Source: an uncultured Actinomycetes bacterium
Lineage (GTDB): Bacteria; Actinomycetota; UBA4738; HRBIN12
NCBI GenBank assembly: GCA_963766935.1
Contig: CAVYBY010000008.1
Location: 4,683-68,682, forward strand
Length of the DNA stretch: 64,000 bases
Direction: 5' to 3'
Both the position numbers and the translations under genes were made by a program. The notes under the pieces were generated by a model. It was given only the letters and a program-made list of their open reading frames with translations. It was not told the DNA's origin and ran no database searches. This document shows positions 37,872 through 47,592 of the stretch, in pieces. Numbering within the stretch: position 1 is the stretch's first letter; every line of letters starts with the position of its first letter.

Positions 37872-39254
37872 ATGCAGCAGGGAATGCTCGACGTCGAACA
37901 GTTGGAGGATCTGGCCGCGGCCGGCGCCGTCGACACGGTCCTGTGCATGTTCACCGACCTGCAGGGCCGCTTCATGGGCAAGCGCGTCGTGCCCCACTTC
38001 TTCCTGGAAGAGATCCTGGGCGCGGAAGGCCTCCACGCGTGCCTGTATCTGCTCGCGATCGACATGGAGATGGAGCCGCTCCCCGGCTACGAGTACGCGT
38101 CGTGGGAGACCGGCTACGGCGACTTCCGGATGGTCCCGGACATGTCGACGCTGCGGTGGTGCCCGTGGCTCGAGAAGACCGTGATGGTCATCTGCGACAT
38201 CGCCGACGAGGAGACCGGTGAGCCGGTCGAGGTCGCGCCCCGCCAGATCCTGAAGCGGCAGATCGAGCGCGCCGCCGCGACTCGGCTACACGATCAAGAC
38301 CGGGTCGGAGCTGGAGTTCTATCTGTTCCGCGACGGCTACGACGAGATGGCCGACCGCGGCTACCGCGACCTGCGGCCCAGCTCCACGTACATCATGGAC
38401 TACCACATGCTGCAGACGACCAAGGACGAGTGGGTCATCCGGCAGATCCGCAACTACATGCTCGGCGCGGGGATCCCGATCGAGTTCTCGAAGGGAGAGT
38501 TCGGCAAGGGCCAGCACGAGATCAACATCACGTACTCCGACGCGCTCGCCACCTCCGACTACCACGTGCTCTACAAGCACGGCGTGAAGGAGATCTGCGC
38601 GGCCAACGGCGTCGCCGCCACGTTCATGGCGAAATGGACGATGGCCGAGGCCGGCTCGTCGTGTCACATGCACTCCAGCGTGTGGAACGCCGACGGCACC
38701 GAGTCGCTGATGTGGCGAGGACGATGCGGAGCACCACCAGTCCGAGACGTTCCGCCACTATCTGGGCGGACTCATGGCCGGCGCCCGCGAGATGTCGTGG
38801 ATGTTCGCGCCGTTCGTGAACTCCTACAAGCGCTACCAGCTGGGATCGTGGGCGCCGACGGCGATCGTGTGGAGCCGCGACAACCGCACGTGCGGATTCC
38901 GAACGGTCGGCGAACACGCCGGCTACCGGGTCGAGATGCGGATCCCCGGCGCCGACGCGAACCCGTACCTCGGCTACGCCGCGACGATCGCGGCCGGTCT
39001 GAACGGCATCCAGAACAGGATCGAGCCCCCCGACATGTTCGTCGGCAATGCCTACGAGGCCAAGGACGTTCCGCGGGTTCCCTCCTCGCTGCACGAGGCG
39101 ATCGATGTCGTTCCGCGACAGCAGGGTCGCCCGGGAGGCGTTCGGGGACTTCGTCTTCGAGCACCTGCTGAACACGGCCGTCCAAGAGCAGTCGATCTAC
39201 GACAACCTGTGCGTCACCGATTGGGAGCTGCAGCGCTACTTCGAGCGCGGCTGA
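37872..39254 (+). CDS. glutamine synthetase-family gamma-glutamyl ligase (GlnA4-like gamma-glutamylethanolamide synthetase candidate), three frameshifts (~38280, ~38715, ~39100)
   Basis: GGGAGG RBS. MQQGMLDVEQLEDLAAAGAVDTVLCMFTDLQGRFMGKRV (GS beta-grasp) ... KRQIERAA / LGYTIKTGSELEFYLFRDGY...EFSKGEFGKGQHEINITYSDAL...HMHSSVWNADGTESLMW / DDAEHHQSETFRHYLGG...FAPFVNSYKRYQ...NRTCGFR...MRIPGADANPYL...LHEAIDV / FRDSRVAREAFGDFVFEHLLNTAVQEQ...WELQRYFERG*. Each junction is explained by one extra nucleotide. Confidence 0.75.
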
Positions 39255-40779
39255 CTACCCGGCGGCGAACACCGGCTTGAGCGCGAAGTAGACCTCGCGG
39301 TAGCGACGGTAGGCCTCGTCGTAGATCTCGGCCGTCTCGGGGTCGGGCTGGTGCTCGTCGGGCTCGAAGGCGACGAACGCGTCGACCGCCTCGGCCACGC
39401 TCGCGTGGACGCCGGATCCGACCGCGGCAAGGATCGCGGCCCCAGTCGCCGTGGTCTCGACGCTCGTCGGCACGCGCACCGGAAGCGCCGTCACGTCCGC
39501 CTTGATCTGGCGCCACAGCGGTCCCTTTGCGCCGCCGCCGACGATCGTGAGACGCCGGACGCCGAGGCCGGCGTTCGCCATCGCCTCGAGGATGTCCCGA
39601 AGCGCGAACGCGCTGCCCTCGAGCAGGGCCCGCGTCATGTGAGCGCGGGTGTGGGCGAGCGTGAGCCCGAAGAACGTTCCACGGGCCGCGCCGTTCCACT
39701 CGGGCGCCATCGCCCCCTGCATGCAAGGAAGGAACACGAGCCCCTCCGCCCCCGGGGGCACGGTCGCGGCTTCGCGCGTCAGCAGGTCGTACGCATCGCC
39801 CTTGCCGGCCGCCTCGGCCTGGCGCTCGAACGGAGCGAACTGGTCGCGCCACCACCGGAGGTTGCCACCGGAGACGAATCCGGGGTTCTCGAGCAGCCAG
39901 ACGTCGGGGTCGGCGTGCGGATGGCATTCGACCAGCATCGTCGGGTCCTCGCGCGGCTCGGCGGAAGCGGCACAGACGGGCTCGGCAGTGCCCACGACGT
40001 CGCAGACCTCTCCGGGGGCAAAGACGCCGGCGCCCAGCGTCGCGGCCATCTCGTCCCCGCACCCGACGACCACGACCGTGGCCGGGTCCAGCCCGCTCGC
40101 CTCGGCGAACGCCGCCGTGACGGTGCCGACGCTCTGGGTCCCGGGAAGCAGCTCCGGAAGCATGGCCTCGGTCGATCCCCACGGCATCCAGTACCTCCTG
40201 CGACCACGCCCGCGTGCGCGGATCGAGCAGCGCGAGCGAGGATGCGTTCGAGTAGTCGACGGCCGTGACGCCGCCGACGGCCCGCAGCGCGTACGTGCCG
40301 GGCGACATCAACGTGGCCGCCTCGTTCCACAGGTCGGGCTCCTCGTCGCGGACCCACAACGCCTTGAACACGGCGTGCGACGAATCCAGGTTGGCGCCGA
40401 CCCGGTGGTAGAAGTCCCCGGGCGACATACGCTCGGCGAGCGCCGCCGCCTGCGGCTCCGCGCGGCGGTCCATCCAGATCATCGCCGGACGAAGCGGCCG
40501 CCCCTCGGCGTCGCACACGACCATCCCGTCGAGCTGCGATCCGAACGAGACGCCTTTGATGGCCGACGGCCCTTCGGACAAGCCCGAGACGAGCGTCGCC
40601 ACGGTGCGCTCGAGCGCGGCCACCCACAGATCCGGGTCCTGCTCGGCCCACCCCGGGTGCGGGAACGCGAGGTCGTAGCCCTCGTACGCCGAGGCCACGA
40701 GCGTCCCGTCGGCCGCGTACAGAGCGGCGTTCGTCCCCTGGCTTCCGACGTCGCAGCCGATGACGTACGGGCCGGTCAC
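39255..40779 (-). CDS. FGGY-family carbohydrate kinase (xylulokinase/ribulokinase-like), one frameshift near 40190
   Basis: GTG start overlapping (GTGA) the ADH stop. N-terminus YVIGCDVGSQGTNAALYAADGTLVAS...GVSFGSQLDGMVVCDAEGRPLRPAMIWMDRRA in the 39214..41172 frame. C-terminal half (...FLPCMQGAMAPEWNGAARGTFFGLTLAHTRAHM...TIVGGGAKGPLWRQIKADV...) in ORF 39255..40187. Confidence 0.75.
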
Positions 40780-41823
40780 GGAAGGATCACCATCTTGAGA
40801 CCCGATCCCGACCGGATCGTCTCGAACGCCTCCGCGATCCGCTCCAGCGGGAACCGGTGCGTGACGACGCCGGCGAGATCCTCGCGGCGCCGGTTGAGGT
40901 AGTCCATCGTGATCCGGTACTGGCGGTGCGTCGCCCCGTAGGCGCCGAGCACGAACAGCTCTTTGTAATGGAGCTGGTTCATGTCGAGCGGGCTCACCGG
41001 ATCGTGCTTCGGCAGGCCGGCGAAGTAGACGACCTTGGCGCGCTTGGCGGCCATCTCCAGCGCGGCTTGCTGGGCCGGTTTCGCCGGCGCGGCGACGCAG
41101 ATGCGTTCGACCCCGACCCCGCCGGTTCGCGTCAGGACCTCCTCGACGCCGTTGTCGTCGCCGGCTACCCACGCGTCGTCCACGAAGCGCCCGACCACGC
41201 CGAGGGCCAGATCCAGACGGTCCCGATTCACATCGCTCATCCAGACCCTGCTCGCACCGCGGTCACGGGCCATGACCGCCTGCCAGCATCCGATCGGGCC
41301 GGATCCGAGGATCAGCACGGTGTCGCCCAGCTGCACGTCGAGCTGCTCGATGCCGTTCAGCGCGCACGCGAACGGGTCGGCGACGGTTGCGAGATCCGAC
41401 GGCAGGTCGTCGGGAAGCGGGATCAGGTTCTTCATGGCGATCGGCGGGACCGCGGCGAACTCCGCGTAGGCGCCGGGGTACGGGTCGTAGCCGTACAGCA
41501 GGTGGTGCTCGCAGAGGTTCTGGAATCCCTCGGTGCACCATCGGCACTCGCCGCAGGTAAGGATCGAGCCGAGGAACACCCGCTGCCCACGCTTCACACC
41601 CGGCGGCAGATCGGCGTCGGGGCCGACCTCCTCGAGGACCCCGACCGGCTCGTGTCCGAGAAGCCAGGGAGCCGGGGCCTTGGGGTCACCGTTGAAGAAC
41701 GTCCGGGCGTCGGTACCACAGATGCCGCACGCCTCCATGCGCAGGACGGCACCGGCGGGGTCCAGCGCCGGCTCGTCGGTCTCCCGGACCTTGACCGCGT
41801 CGACGTCCGTCATGAACGCGGCC
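40776..41823 (-). CDS. zinc-dependent medium-chain alcohol/polyol dehydrogenase (sorbitol/L-iditol dehydrogenase-like)
   Basis: From MTDVDAVKVRE: catalytic-Zn ligands in ACGICGTDAR and GHEPVG. Structural-Zn CGECRWCTEGFQNLC. Rossmann GSGPIGCW. 349 aa. It is the C-terminal part of a 658-aa track ORF whose N-terminus is non-coding. Confidence 0.85.
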
Positions 41824-41824
41824 C

Positions 41825-42661
41825 TCACGAGGCCGTCTCCAGCTCCTCGGCGAGGGCGGACATCGCCTTGTCGGCCGTCCACCGCTCGCGGATCACGCGC
41901 GACAAGGCCCGCGTGATCGCCTCGGGCGAGCGGTGCATGAAGATGTTGCGCCCGACCGAGCAACCGACGGCGCCGACGGCGACGGCCTGCTCCATCCGGC
42001 TGAGGAGCTCCGCGTCCTCCAGCAGCGAACCGCCCGCCAGGACGACGGGGATGCCCGAGGTGGCCTCGACGAGCTTTGCGAACGAATCCTGGTCGCCGGG
42101 CCAGTTGGTCTTGACGATGTCGGCCCCGAGCTCCGCGCACAGCCGCACGTTCCGACGCAGATACTCGAACCCGTACTGCTCCTTCAGCTGCTCGACCGAG
42201 GCGTAGGTGGTCGGGAACTCCGCCTCGGCGATGAACGGCATGCCCAGCTCGGCGCAGGCCCGCCCGACGCCGGAGAGCACATCGATCATTCCGGCCTCGG
42301 TGTCGCCGCCGAGCGCGGTGAACAGCACGACGCAATCGGCGCCGAGCATCAGCGCCTCCTCGACGCCGGCGATCTGGACGACCTCGGGCCGGCCCCCCTC
42401 GGGGCTCGCCGAGGCCGACAGGAGCAGCGCGAGCGACGTGGTCGGCCCGAACGCCGGCAGGGCCTGCCGGATCATCCCCTTGCTCATCATGATCACGTTC
42501 GAGCCGCCGGCCACCGCCTCGCGGGTCCGCTCCTCGATCTGCGCGAGCGGCTCGAGGAACGTCGGCGACGTCATCCCGTGGTCGAGTGCGCAGATGACCG
42601 AGACCCCCGCCGGGTCGATCACGCGCTTCATCCGCATCCGTTTGCCGACATCCGTCGTCAC
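41825..42661 (-). CDS. class I aldolase of the DhnA/LacD/DeoC type (fructose-bisphosphate or tagatose-bisphosphate-type aldolase)
   Basis: Intact 278 aa. Schiff-base Lys region ADIVKTNWPGD, and ALDHGMTSP, MSKGMIRQ, GVGRA blocks. Stop abuts the ADH start (overlap). Confidence 0.75.
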   Translation of the reverse strand: MTTDVGKRMRMKRVIDPAGVSVICALDHGMTSPTFLEPLAQIEERTREAVAGGSNVIMMSKGMIRQALPAFGPTTSLALLLSASASPEGGRPEVVQIAGVEEALMLGADCVVLFTALGGDTEAGMIDVLSGVGRACAELGMPFIAEAEFPTTYASVEQLKEQYGFEYLRRNVRLCAELGADIVKTNWPGDQDSFAKLVEATSGIPVVLAGGSLLEDAELLSRMEQAVAVGAVGCSVGRNIFMHRSPEAITRALSRVIRERWTADKAMSALAEELETAS

Positions 42662-43392
42662 GTGGACCTCCTTCCGGGACCCCGCCGAAGCACGGAGAAC
42701 TCGAATGCCTCGGCGACGTGATACTCGTGGGAGAGAAGCAGCGGCTCTCCATTTGCGTCGAAGTCCACCTGGCGGAGGTAGAGCAGCAGCGCGCCGGTCT
42801 TCACCCCGAGCCGCCTCGCCGCCGTTCGGTCGGCCTTGACCGGTTCGATCGTGACGACGCCATGCTGCACGACGGCCCCGAGCTCGCGCTCGATGAGGTC
42901 GTAGACCGATCCGTCGGCGGGCATCCGGCCGAGCACCGCCGCCGGCAGGCGAGCCGCCGACAGGACATCGCGCGAGAGAACGACCGGGCGCGCATCGGCG
43001 GTTCGGACGCGCTCGAGGACCACGACCGGCTCGCCGGGCGAGAGATCGAGCGCGCGCGCCTCATCCTCGCTCGACGCCTCGGTGTGCACCTCGAAGGACT
43101 TCGTACCCGGCACCATCGCCGCCGCGCGGATCGCCTCGGTGACGCCGAAGTTCACGTCCAGGTTGTTGCGCAGGCGTGGACGGTCGGTCGCATAGGTCCC
43201 CGCCCCGCGCGTTCGCGTGACGAAACCGTCCTCCTCCAGGGAGCGCAGGGCCTCCCGGAGCGTCGGTCGCGACACACCCAGCTCCTCGGCGAGCTCGGGC
43301 TCCGGTGGCAGCCGGCCGCCCGGCGGGATGCGTCCGGACTCGATCCGCGACGCGATCTCGTCCCGAACGTGGAACGACAGTCGCTTCTTCAC
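42658..43392 (-). CDS. GntR-family transcriptional regulator (HutC subfamily, UTRA effector domain)
   Basis: GTG start at 43392. wHTH LPPEPELAEELGVSRPTLREALRSLEEDGFVTRTRGAGTYA. C-terminal UTRA-like domain. Palindrome TTGTCTGACAA 40 bp upstream. First gene of the aldolase-ADH-kinase operon. Confidence 0.8.
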   Translation of the reverse strand: MKKRLSFHVRDEIASRIESGRIPPGGRLPPEPELAEELGVSRPTLREALRSLEEDGFVTRTRGAGTYATDRPRLRNNLDVNFGVTEAIRAAAMVPGTKSFEVHTEASSEDEARALDLSPGEPVVVLERVRTADARPVVLSRDVLSAARLPAAVLGRMPADGSVYDLIERELGAVVQHGVVTIEPVKADRTAARRLGVKTGALLLYLRQVDFDANGEPLLLSHEYHVAEAFEFSVLRRGPGRRST

Positions 43393-43429
43393 GGCCGGCC
43401 GGAAGGATCGATCACGGACCAACGGTAAT

Positions 43430-43440
43430 TTGTCTGACAA
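43430..43440. promoter_or_regulatory. candidate GntR-family operator palindrome TTGTCTGACAA
   Basis: Perfect 5-1-5 inverted repeat of the t.GT-N-AC.a type, ~40 bp upstream of the GntR start. An adjacent TGTCAAAC half-site repeat at 43446..43453. Confidence 0.5.
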
Positions 43441-43489
43441 ACGGGTGTCAAACCGCCCGATGGGGCGGCGCCCGTAGACTTCCCGGACG

Positions 43490-44209
43490 ATGAGGCCGAT
43501 CCTGTTCGTTCGAAACGACTCGTTCGAGACCTTCGGGCTCGCGCGGGACGCGGTCGAGGCAACGGGAGCGCCGGTCGCCGTCTGCGAAGCGATCGACGGG
43601 GCGCCGCCCCCATCACTCGATGACGTCGGCGGCGTCGTCGTGTTCGGAAGCTCGTTCAACATCGAGCAGGCCGAGGATCAGCCGTTCATCAAAGACGTCG
43701 CCGAGCTCACTCGCACCTGCGTCGAGCGGGAGGTTCCGCTGCTCGGGGTGTGCTTCGGGGCTCAGCTGCTCGCCTGGGCCCTCGACGCCGACGTCGGCAA
43801 GGCCCCCGAGCGCGAGGTCGGCTTCGAGCCGATCCGGACGCTGCCGGCCTCGGCCGCCGATCCCATGGTGTCGCACTACGCAGACGGGGACCACGTCTTC
43901 CAGTGGCACATGGACACGTTCGACCTTCCGACCGGCGCGGAGCTGCTCGTCACGAGCGACCGCGTGCCGCATCAGGCCTTCCGCGTGGGAGAGCTTGCCT
44001 GGGGCATCCAGTTCCACTTCGAGATCGACGGTCCCGAGCTGGAGCTCTGGCTGGCGGAGTTCGGCAAGCTCGGCGAGCTCGAGGAGCAGTGGGGCAAGAC
44101 GCCCGACCGCGTCCGGGCGGAGGCCCGCAGCCATCTCCCCGGACACGAACGCCAGGGGCGGGAGGTGTTCCGCCGCTTCAGCGAGCTCTGCCGCGAGCGA
44201 CGCGGATGA
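43490..44209 (+). CDS. class I glutamine amidotransferase-like protein (GATase1)
   Basis: LLGVCFGAQLLAWALDADV (nucleophile Cys elbow), WHMDTFDLP and F.IDGPE (His/Glu). 239 aa. Confidence 0.8.
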   Translation: MRPILFVRNDSFETFGLARDAVEATGAPVAVCEAIDGAPPPSLDDVGGVVVFGSSFNIEQAEDQPFIKDVAELTRTCVEREVPLLGVCFGAQLLAWALDADVGKAPEREVGFEPIRTLPASAADPMVSHYADGDHVFQWHMDTFDLPTGAELLVTSDRVPHQAFRVGELAWGIQFHFEIDGPELELWLAEFGKLGELEEQWGKTPDRVRAEARSHLPGHERQGREVFRRFSELCRERRG

Positions 44210-45528
44210 GCGAGTCGTACCGACCGCTCGTCGCCGTGGCCGCCTACCACCTCGGCGGCGACCGTGTGGCCCGGTGGCCCTCCGGCGGCTACGGCGTTCC
44301 GGCCCCGTACCTGGATGCGCTGCGTCGCGCCGGCGCCCGTACCGCGATCATCGCGCCCGGCGAAGGGAGCTCGCCCGAAGATGTGCTCGCGCCCTTCGAC
44401 GGCCTGCTGCTCGTCGGTGGCGGCGACGTCGCGCCCGCCCGCTTCGGCGCCGAGGAAGGCGCGCACCTGTACGGGGTCGAGCCCGACCGAGACGCCTTCG
44501 AGATCGCGCTGCTTCTGACCGCCGAGGTGACCGGCGTTCCCGTTCTGTGCATCTGCCGCGGATTCCAGGTGATGAATGTCGCCTTCGGCGGAACGTTGCT
44601 GCAGCACCTGCCCGACGTTTCCGGGCTGATCGAGCACGGCGTCCCGCTGCAGGGAACGCAAACGGTCCACGACGTCGCGGTCGAGCCCGGAAGCCGGCTG
44701 TCCGCGGTGACGAAATCCGACCGACCCCTCGCGTGCGTGTCGCATCATCACCAGGGGGTCGACCAGGTCGGGAACGGGCTCGTCGCGACCGGCCGAAGCC
44801 CCGACGGGCTGGTCGAGGCGCTCGAAGTGGTGGGCGATCCGTCGGATCCCGACGCCGCCTGGATCCTCGGCGTGCAGTGGCACCCCGAGGAGTCGGCGGC
44901 CGGCGATCCGGACCAGCAGGCCCTGTTCGGCGCGCTCACCCTGCTCGCGCGGATCCGCGGCAGCCGGGCGAAACCCGGCGAGACGAGCGGACGAACGAGG
45001 GACTACACGATCGCCGATCCCGATCCCGCGTGGCCGGGCCTGTTCGAGGCCGAGGCAGCCCGGATTCGCGCCGCGCTGCCCGACGCTCTCCTCGCGCGGA
45101 TCGAGCACGTCGGTTCCACCTCCGTGCCGGACCTTCCCGCCAAGCCCATCGTCGACATCCAGGTATCGCTGACATCGATGATGCCGCGGTCGGCCTACGT
45201 GGAACCCCTGCGAGCCCTCGGGTACGAGTGGGCGCTCGACCCGATCGACGACGAGCACGAGTTCTTCAGCCGCGACGTCGACGAAGCGCGAGCGTTCCAG
45301 ATCCACGTGTGCAGGAGCGGTGGGCTCTGGGAGCGCCGGCACCTGGCATTCCGCGATTGGCTCCGGGAGAACGCGAGCGACGCGGCTCGCTACGGCGAGC
45401 TCAAGCGCGAGCTCGCGGCGGCCCATCCCCGCGACATCTTTGCCTACATCGACGGCAAGACGGAGTTCATCCGTTCGATCGAGGGGCGTACCCTCATGCG
45501 ACTGCCCACGGGGAAAGGGAGCGGGTGA
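44206..45528 (+). CDS. fusion protein: gamma-glutamyl hydrolase (peptidase C26, PuuD-like GATase1) N-terminal domain + GrpB (UPF0157) C-terminal domain
   Basis: ATGA-coupled to the upstream gene. C26 block LCICRGFQVMNVAFGGTLLQHL ... SHHHQGVDQVG ... ILGVQWHPE. Then a GrpB block IADPDPAWPGLFEAEAARIRAALPDALLARIEHVGSTSVPDLPAKPIVDIQV...FQIHVC...RDWLRENASDAARYGELKRELAAAHP. Single 441-aa reading frame with no stop between the domains. Confidence 0.7.
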   Translation: MSESYRPLVAVAAYHLGGDRVARWPSGGYGVPAPYLDALRRAGARTAIIAPGEGSSPEDVLAPFDGLLLVGGGDVAPARFGAEEGAHLYGVEPDRDAFEIALLLTAEVTGVPVLCICRGFQVMNVAFGGTLLQHLPDVSGLIEHGVPLQGTQTVHDVAVEPGSRLSAVTKSDRPLACVSHHHQGVDQVGNGLVATGRSPDGLVEALEVVGDPSDPDAAWILGVQWHPEESAAGDPDQQALFGALTLLARIRGSRAKPGETSGRTRDYTIADPDPAWPGLFEAEAARIRAALPDALLARIEHVGSTSVPDLPAKPIVDIQVSLTSMMPRSAYVEPLRALGYEWALDPIDDEHEFFSRDVDEARAFQIHVCRSGGLWERRHLAFRDWLRENASDAARYGELKRELAAAHPRDIFAYIDGKTEFIRSIEGRTLMRLPTGKGSG

Positions 45529-46637
45529 CGCAGATCCGGGTCGTGGTGGCCGAGGGCGACGCGTTCCAGCGCGGCGTTCGGATCGGACGCGAGCTCAGCG
45601 ACCTCATCGAGCGGTCGCTCGCCTTCTACAACGGCTATCTCGAGCGCCGCGGCGTCTCGTCGCGAGAGCTGCAGGACATCCTCGGACCGTATTTCGGAGC
45701 GACCGAGGTGGCGCTCCCGGAATGGACGGCCGTGCTCAAGGGGATGTCGGTCGGCGCGACCGTTCCCACGTTCGAGCTGTTCGCGGTCAACGCCTTCGAA
45801 GAGCTGGAGCCGCTGCTGCGTCCGGCGGATGGCGGCGTCCTGTTCCTGGAACACATGGCCGGAGGCACCACCACGTCCAACGGCCACCCCGAGCGCTGCG
45901 CAACCGTCGCCGTCCGCAACCCGGCGGGCTCGACGCTCATCGCGCACAACGAGCACTGGCTCGCGGGCGACTCGGGCAATGCGGCGGTGGTGATCGACAT
46001 GCCGACCGACCGCGTGCCGGTCGCCTCCCCCACGATCGCCTGCTGCCTGCCTGCGGTGGGAATGAACGGCCACGGCGGCTCCCAGGGGATCGGATCGCTC
46101 ACGGCCTCGGGCGACGGCGTCGGCATCCCCCGGGTCTTCGTGTCCCGAGGATCGCTCGAGGCGCGAGACCGGGTGGACGCCATCGCCCGCGCGGCGCTGC
46201 CGGGCCGGGCGGGCGGATACGGGCACGTTTTCGCCTTCGCCGACGAGGACCCCTTCATCGTGGAGACCACGGCGCACCAGCATCGCGTTCTCGAGGACGC
46301 AGGCGCCCACACCAACCACTACCTGAGCGACCTGGCCGATCAGGCGCAACCGCCCTCGGAGGGAAGCCGCGACCGGCTCGAGCGGATCGAGCAGGCACTC
46401 GCCGCCCGGCCGCCCGAGGGACCCGAGGACCTGATGGAGCTGATGCGCGACCACGTGGGAGGACCGGGCGCCGTCTGCTGCCACCCGGATCCGAACGAGG
46501 GGGACGACGCCGCCTCGGTCTCGTTCTCGATGGTGGCCGACGTTACCGCCGGGCGGATGTGGGTCGCCGCGGGGAACCCCTGCGAGCACCCGTTCGACGA
46601 GATCGACCTCACGCCGCTGCGGAGCTGGATGCGGTGA
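45525..46637 (+). CDS. C45-family Ntn hydrolase / acyl-CoA:6-APA acyltransferase-like protein
   Basis: GTG start overlapping (GTGA) the previous stop. ...CATVAVRNPAGSTLIAHNEHW...GGYGHVFAFADEDPFIVETTAHQHRVL...NHYL pattern (self-processing Cys then NEHW-type block) typical of Peptidase_C45. Confidence 0.55.
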   Translation: MTQIRVVVAEGDAFQRGVRIGRELSDLIERSLAFYNGYLERRGVSSRELQDILGPYFGATEVALPEWTAVLKGMSVGATVPTFELFAVNAFEELEPLLRPADGGVLFLEHMAGGTTTSNGHPERCATVAVRNPAGSTLIAHNEHWLAGDSGNAAVVIDMPTDRVPVASPTIACCLPAVGMNGHGGSQGIGSLTASGDGVGIPRVFVSRGSLEARDRVDAIARAALPGRAGGYGHVFAFADEDPFIVETTAHQHRVLEDAGAHTNHYLSDLADQAQPPSEGSRDRLERIEQALAARPPEGPEDLMELMRDHVGGPGAVCCHPDPNEGDDAASVSFSMVADVTAGRMWVAAGNPCEHPFDEIDLTPLRSWMR

Positions 46638-46648
46638 TCACGAACCCG

Positions 46649-47452
46649 ATGCTCTACGAACGGCTCACCTGGCCGGAGGTGCGGCGGGCCGTCGAACAGG
46701 ACCGTGTGTGCCTGATCCCGGCCGGGACCCTCGAGGATCACGGCCCGCACCTGCCCCTCGACTGCGATGTGCGGATCGCCGGCGAGATCTGCCGGCGGGC
46801 CGCGGCGGCCGCCCCCGAGGACGTGGTGCTGCTTCCCACCGTCACGCACGGGTACACACCGCACCACATGGACTTCCCCGGCCCGATCACGATCGGGTGG
46901 GAGACCTTCGTGAAGTACTGCGTCGACATCGGAACCTCGCTCGCTCGCCACGGCTTCCGGCGGATCCTGTTCCTCAACGGACACGGCTCGAACATCCCGC
47001 TCTGCGACATGGCGGCGCGGCTGATCGGGCTTGAGCACCCCGACGTGCTGGCCGCCGCCGCCTTCTACCTGACGAGCGAGGACGGGCGCCGCGTCGTGGC
47101 CGAGGTCCGGGAGTCCGAGCGCGGCGGCATGGGACACGCGTGCGAGCTCGAGACCAGCATCTACCTTGCCATCGACCCGGACGCGGTCGACATGACGAAG
47201 GCCGTCGACGAGAACTCCTTCCCCGAGGGACCGAGCTCGTGGATGGACTGGGACGACGGGCCGCTGCACATCATGCCCTGGTGGAACGCGATCTCGAGAA
47301 CGGGCGTGCACGGCGACGCAACCAAGGCGACGCCCGAGAAGGGAGCCGCGCTGCTCGACGCCGCCGTGGCGGAGTGCGTGGAGTTCGTCCGGGAGCTCCG
47401 GACAAAGCCGCTGCCGGTGCGCCGGCCTCCGGCCGAGAGGCTGCCGGAGTGA
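46649..47452 (+). CDS. creatininase-family amidohydrolase (creatinine amidohydrolase / mycofactocin-system MftE-like fold)
   Basis: LIPAGTLEDHGPHLPLDCD, LPTVTHGYTPHHMDFPG, LFLNGHGSN, ACELETS. The in-frame GTG at 46634 overlapping the upstream stop is an alternative start. Confidence 0.8.
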   Translation: MLYERLTWPEVRRAVEQDRVCLIPAGTLEDHGPHLPLDCDVRIAGEICRRAAAAAPEDVVLLPTVTHGYTPHHMDFPGPITIGWETFVKYCVDIGTSLARHGFRRILFLNGHGSNIPLCDMAARLIGLEHPDVLAAAAFYLTSEDGRRVVAEVRESERGGMGHACELETSIYLAIDPDAVDMTKAVDENSFPEGPSSWMDWDDGPLHIMPWWNAISRTGVHGDATKATPEKGAALLDAAVAECVEFVRELRTKPLPVRRPPAERLPE

Positions 47453-47592
47453 CGTCGAGTCACGTCCCGGCCGGGCCCCTGTCTGGCGTCATCGGGGGGC
47501 CTGGTGCTATACAAGGGTTCTGACCTGGAATGTTGCCGCCCGCAATCGGGTTTTGGCGCGCCGGTCACCCGACACGGAAGGGGTGCAGCACG

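Noticed and set aside
39214-41172. 652-aa minus ORF
   Set aside because: Chimeric: the middle reads the FGGY kinase N-terminus (kept as part of the 39255..40779 feature), but both ends are Arg/Gly-rich out-of-frame or antisense sequence.
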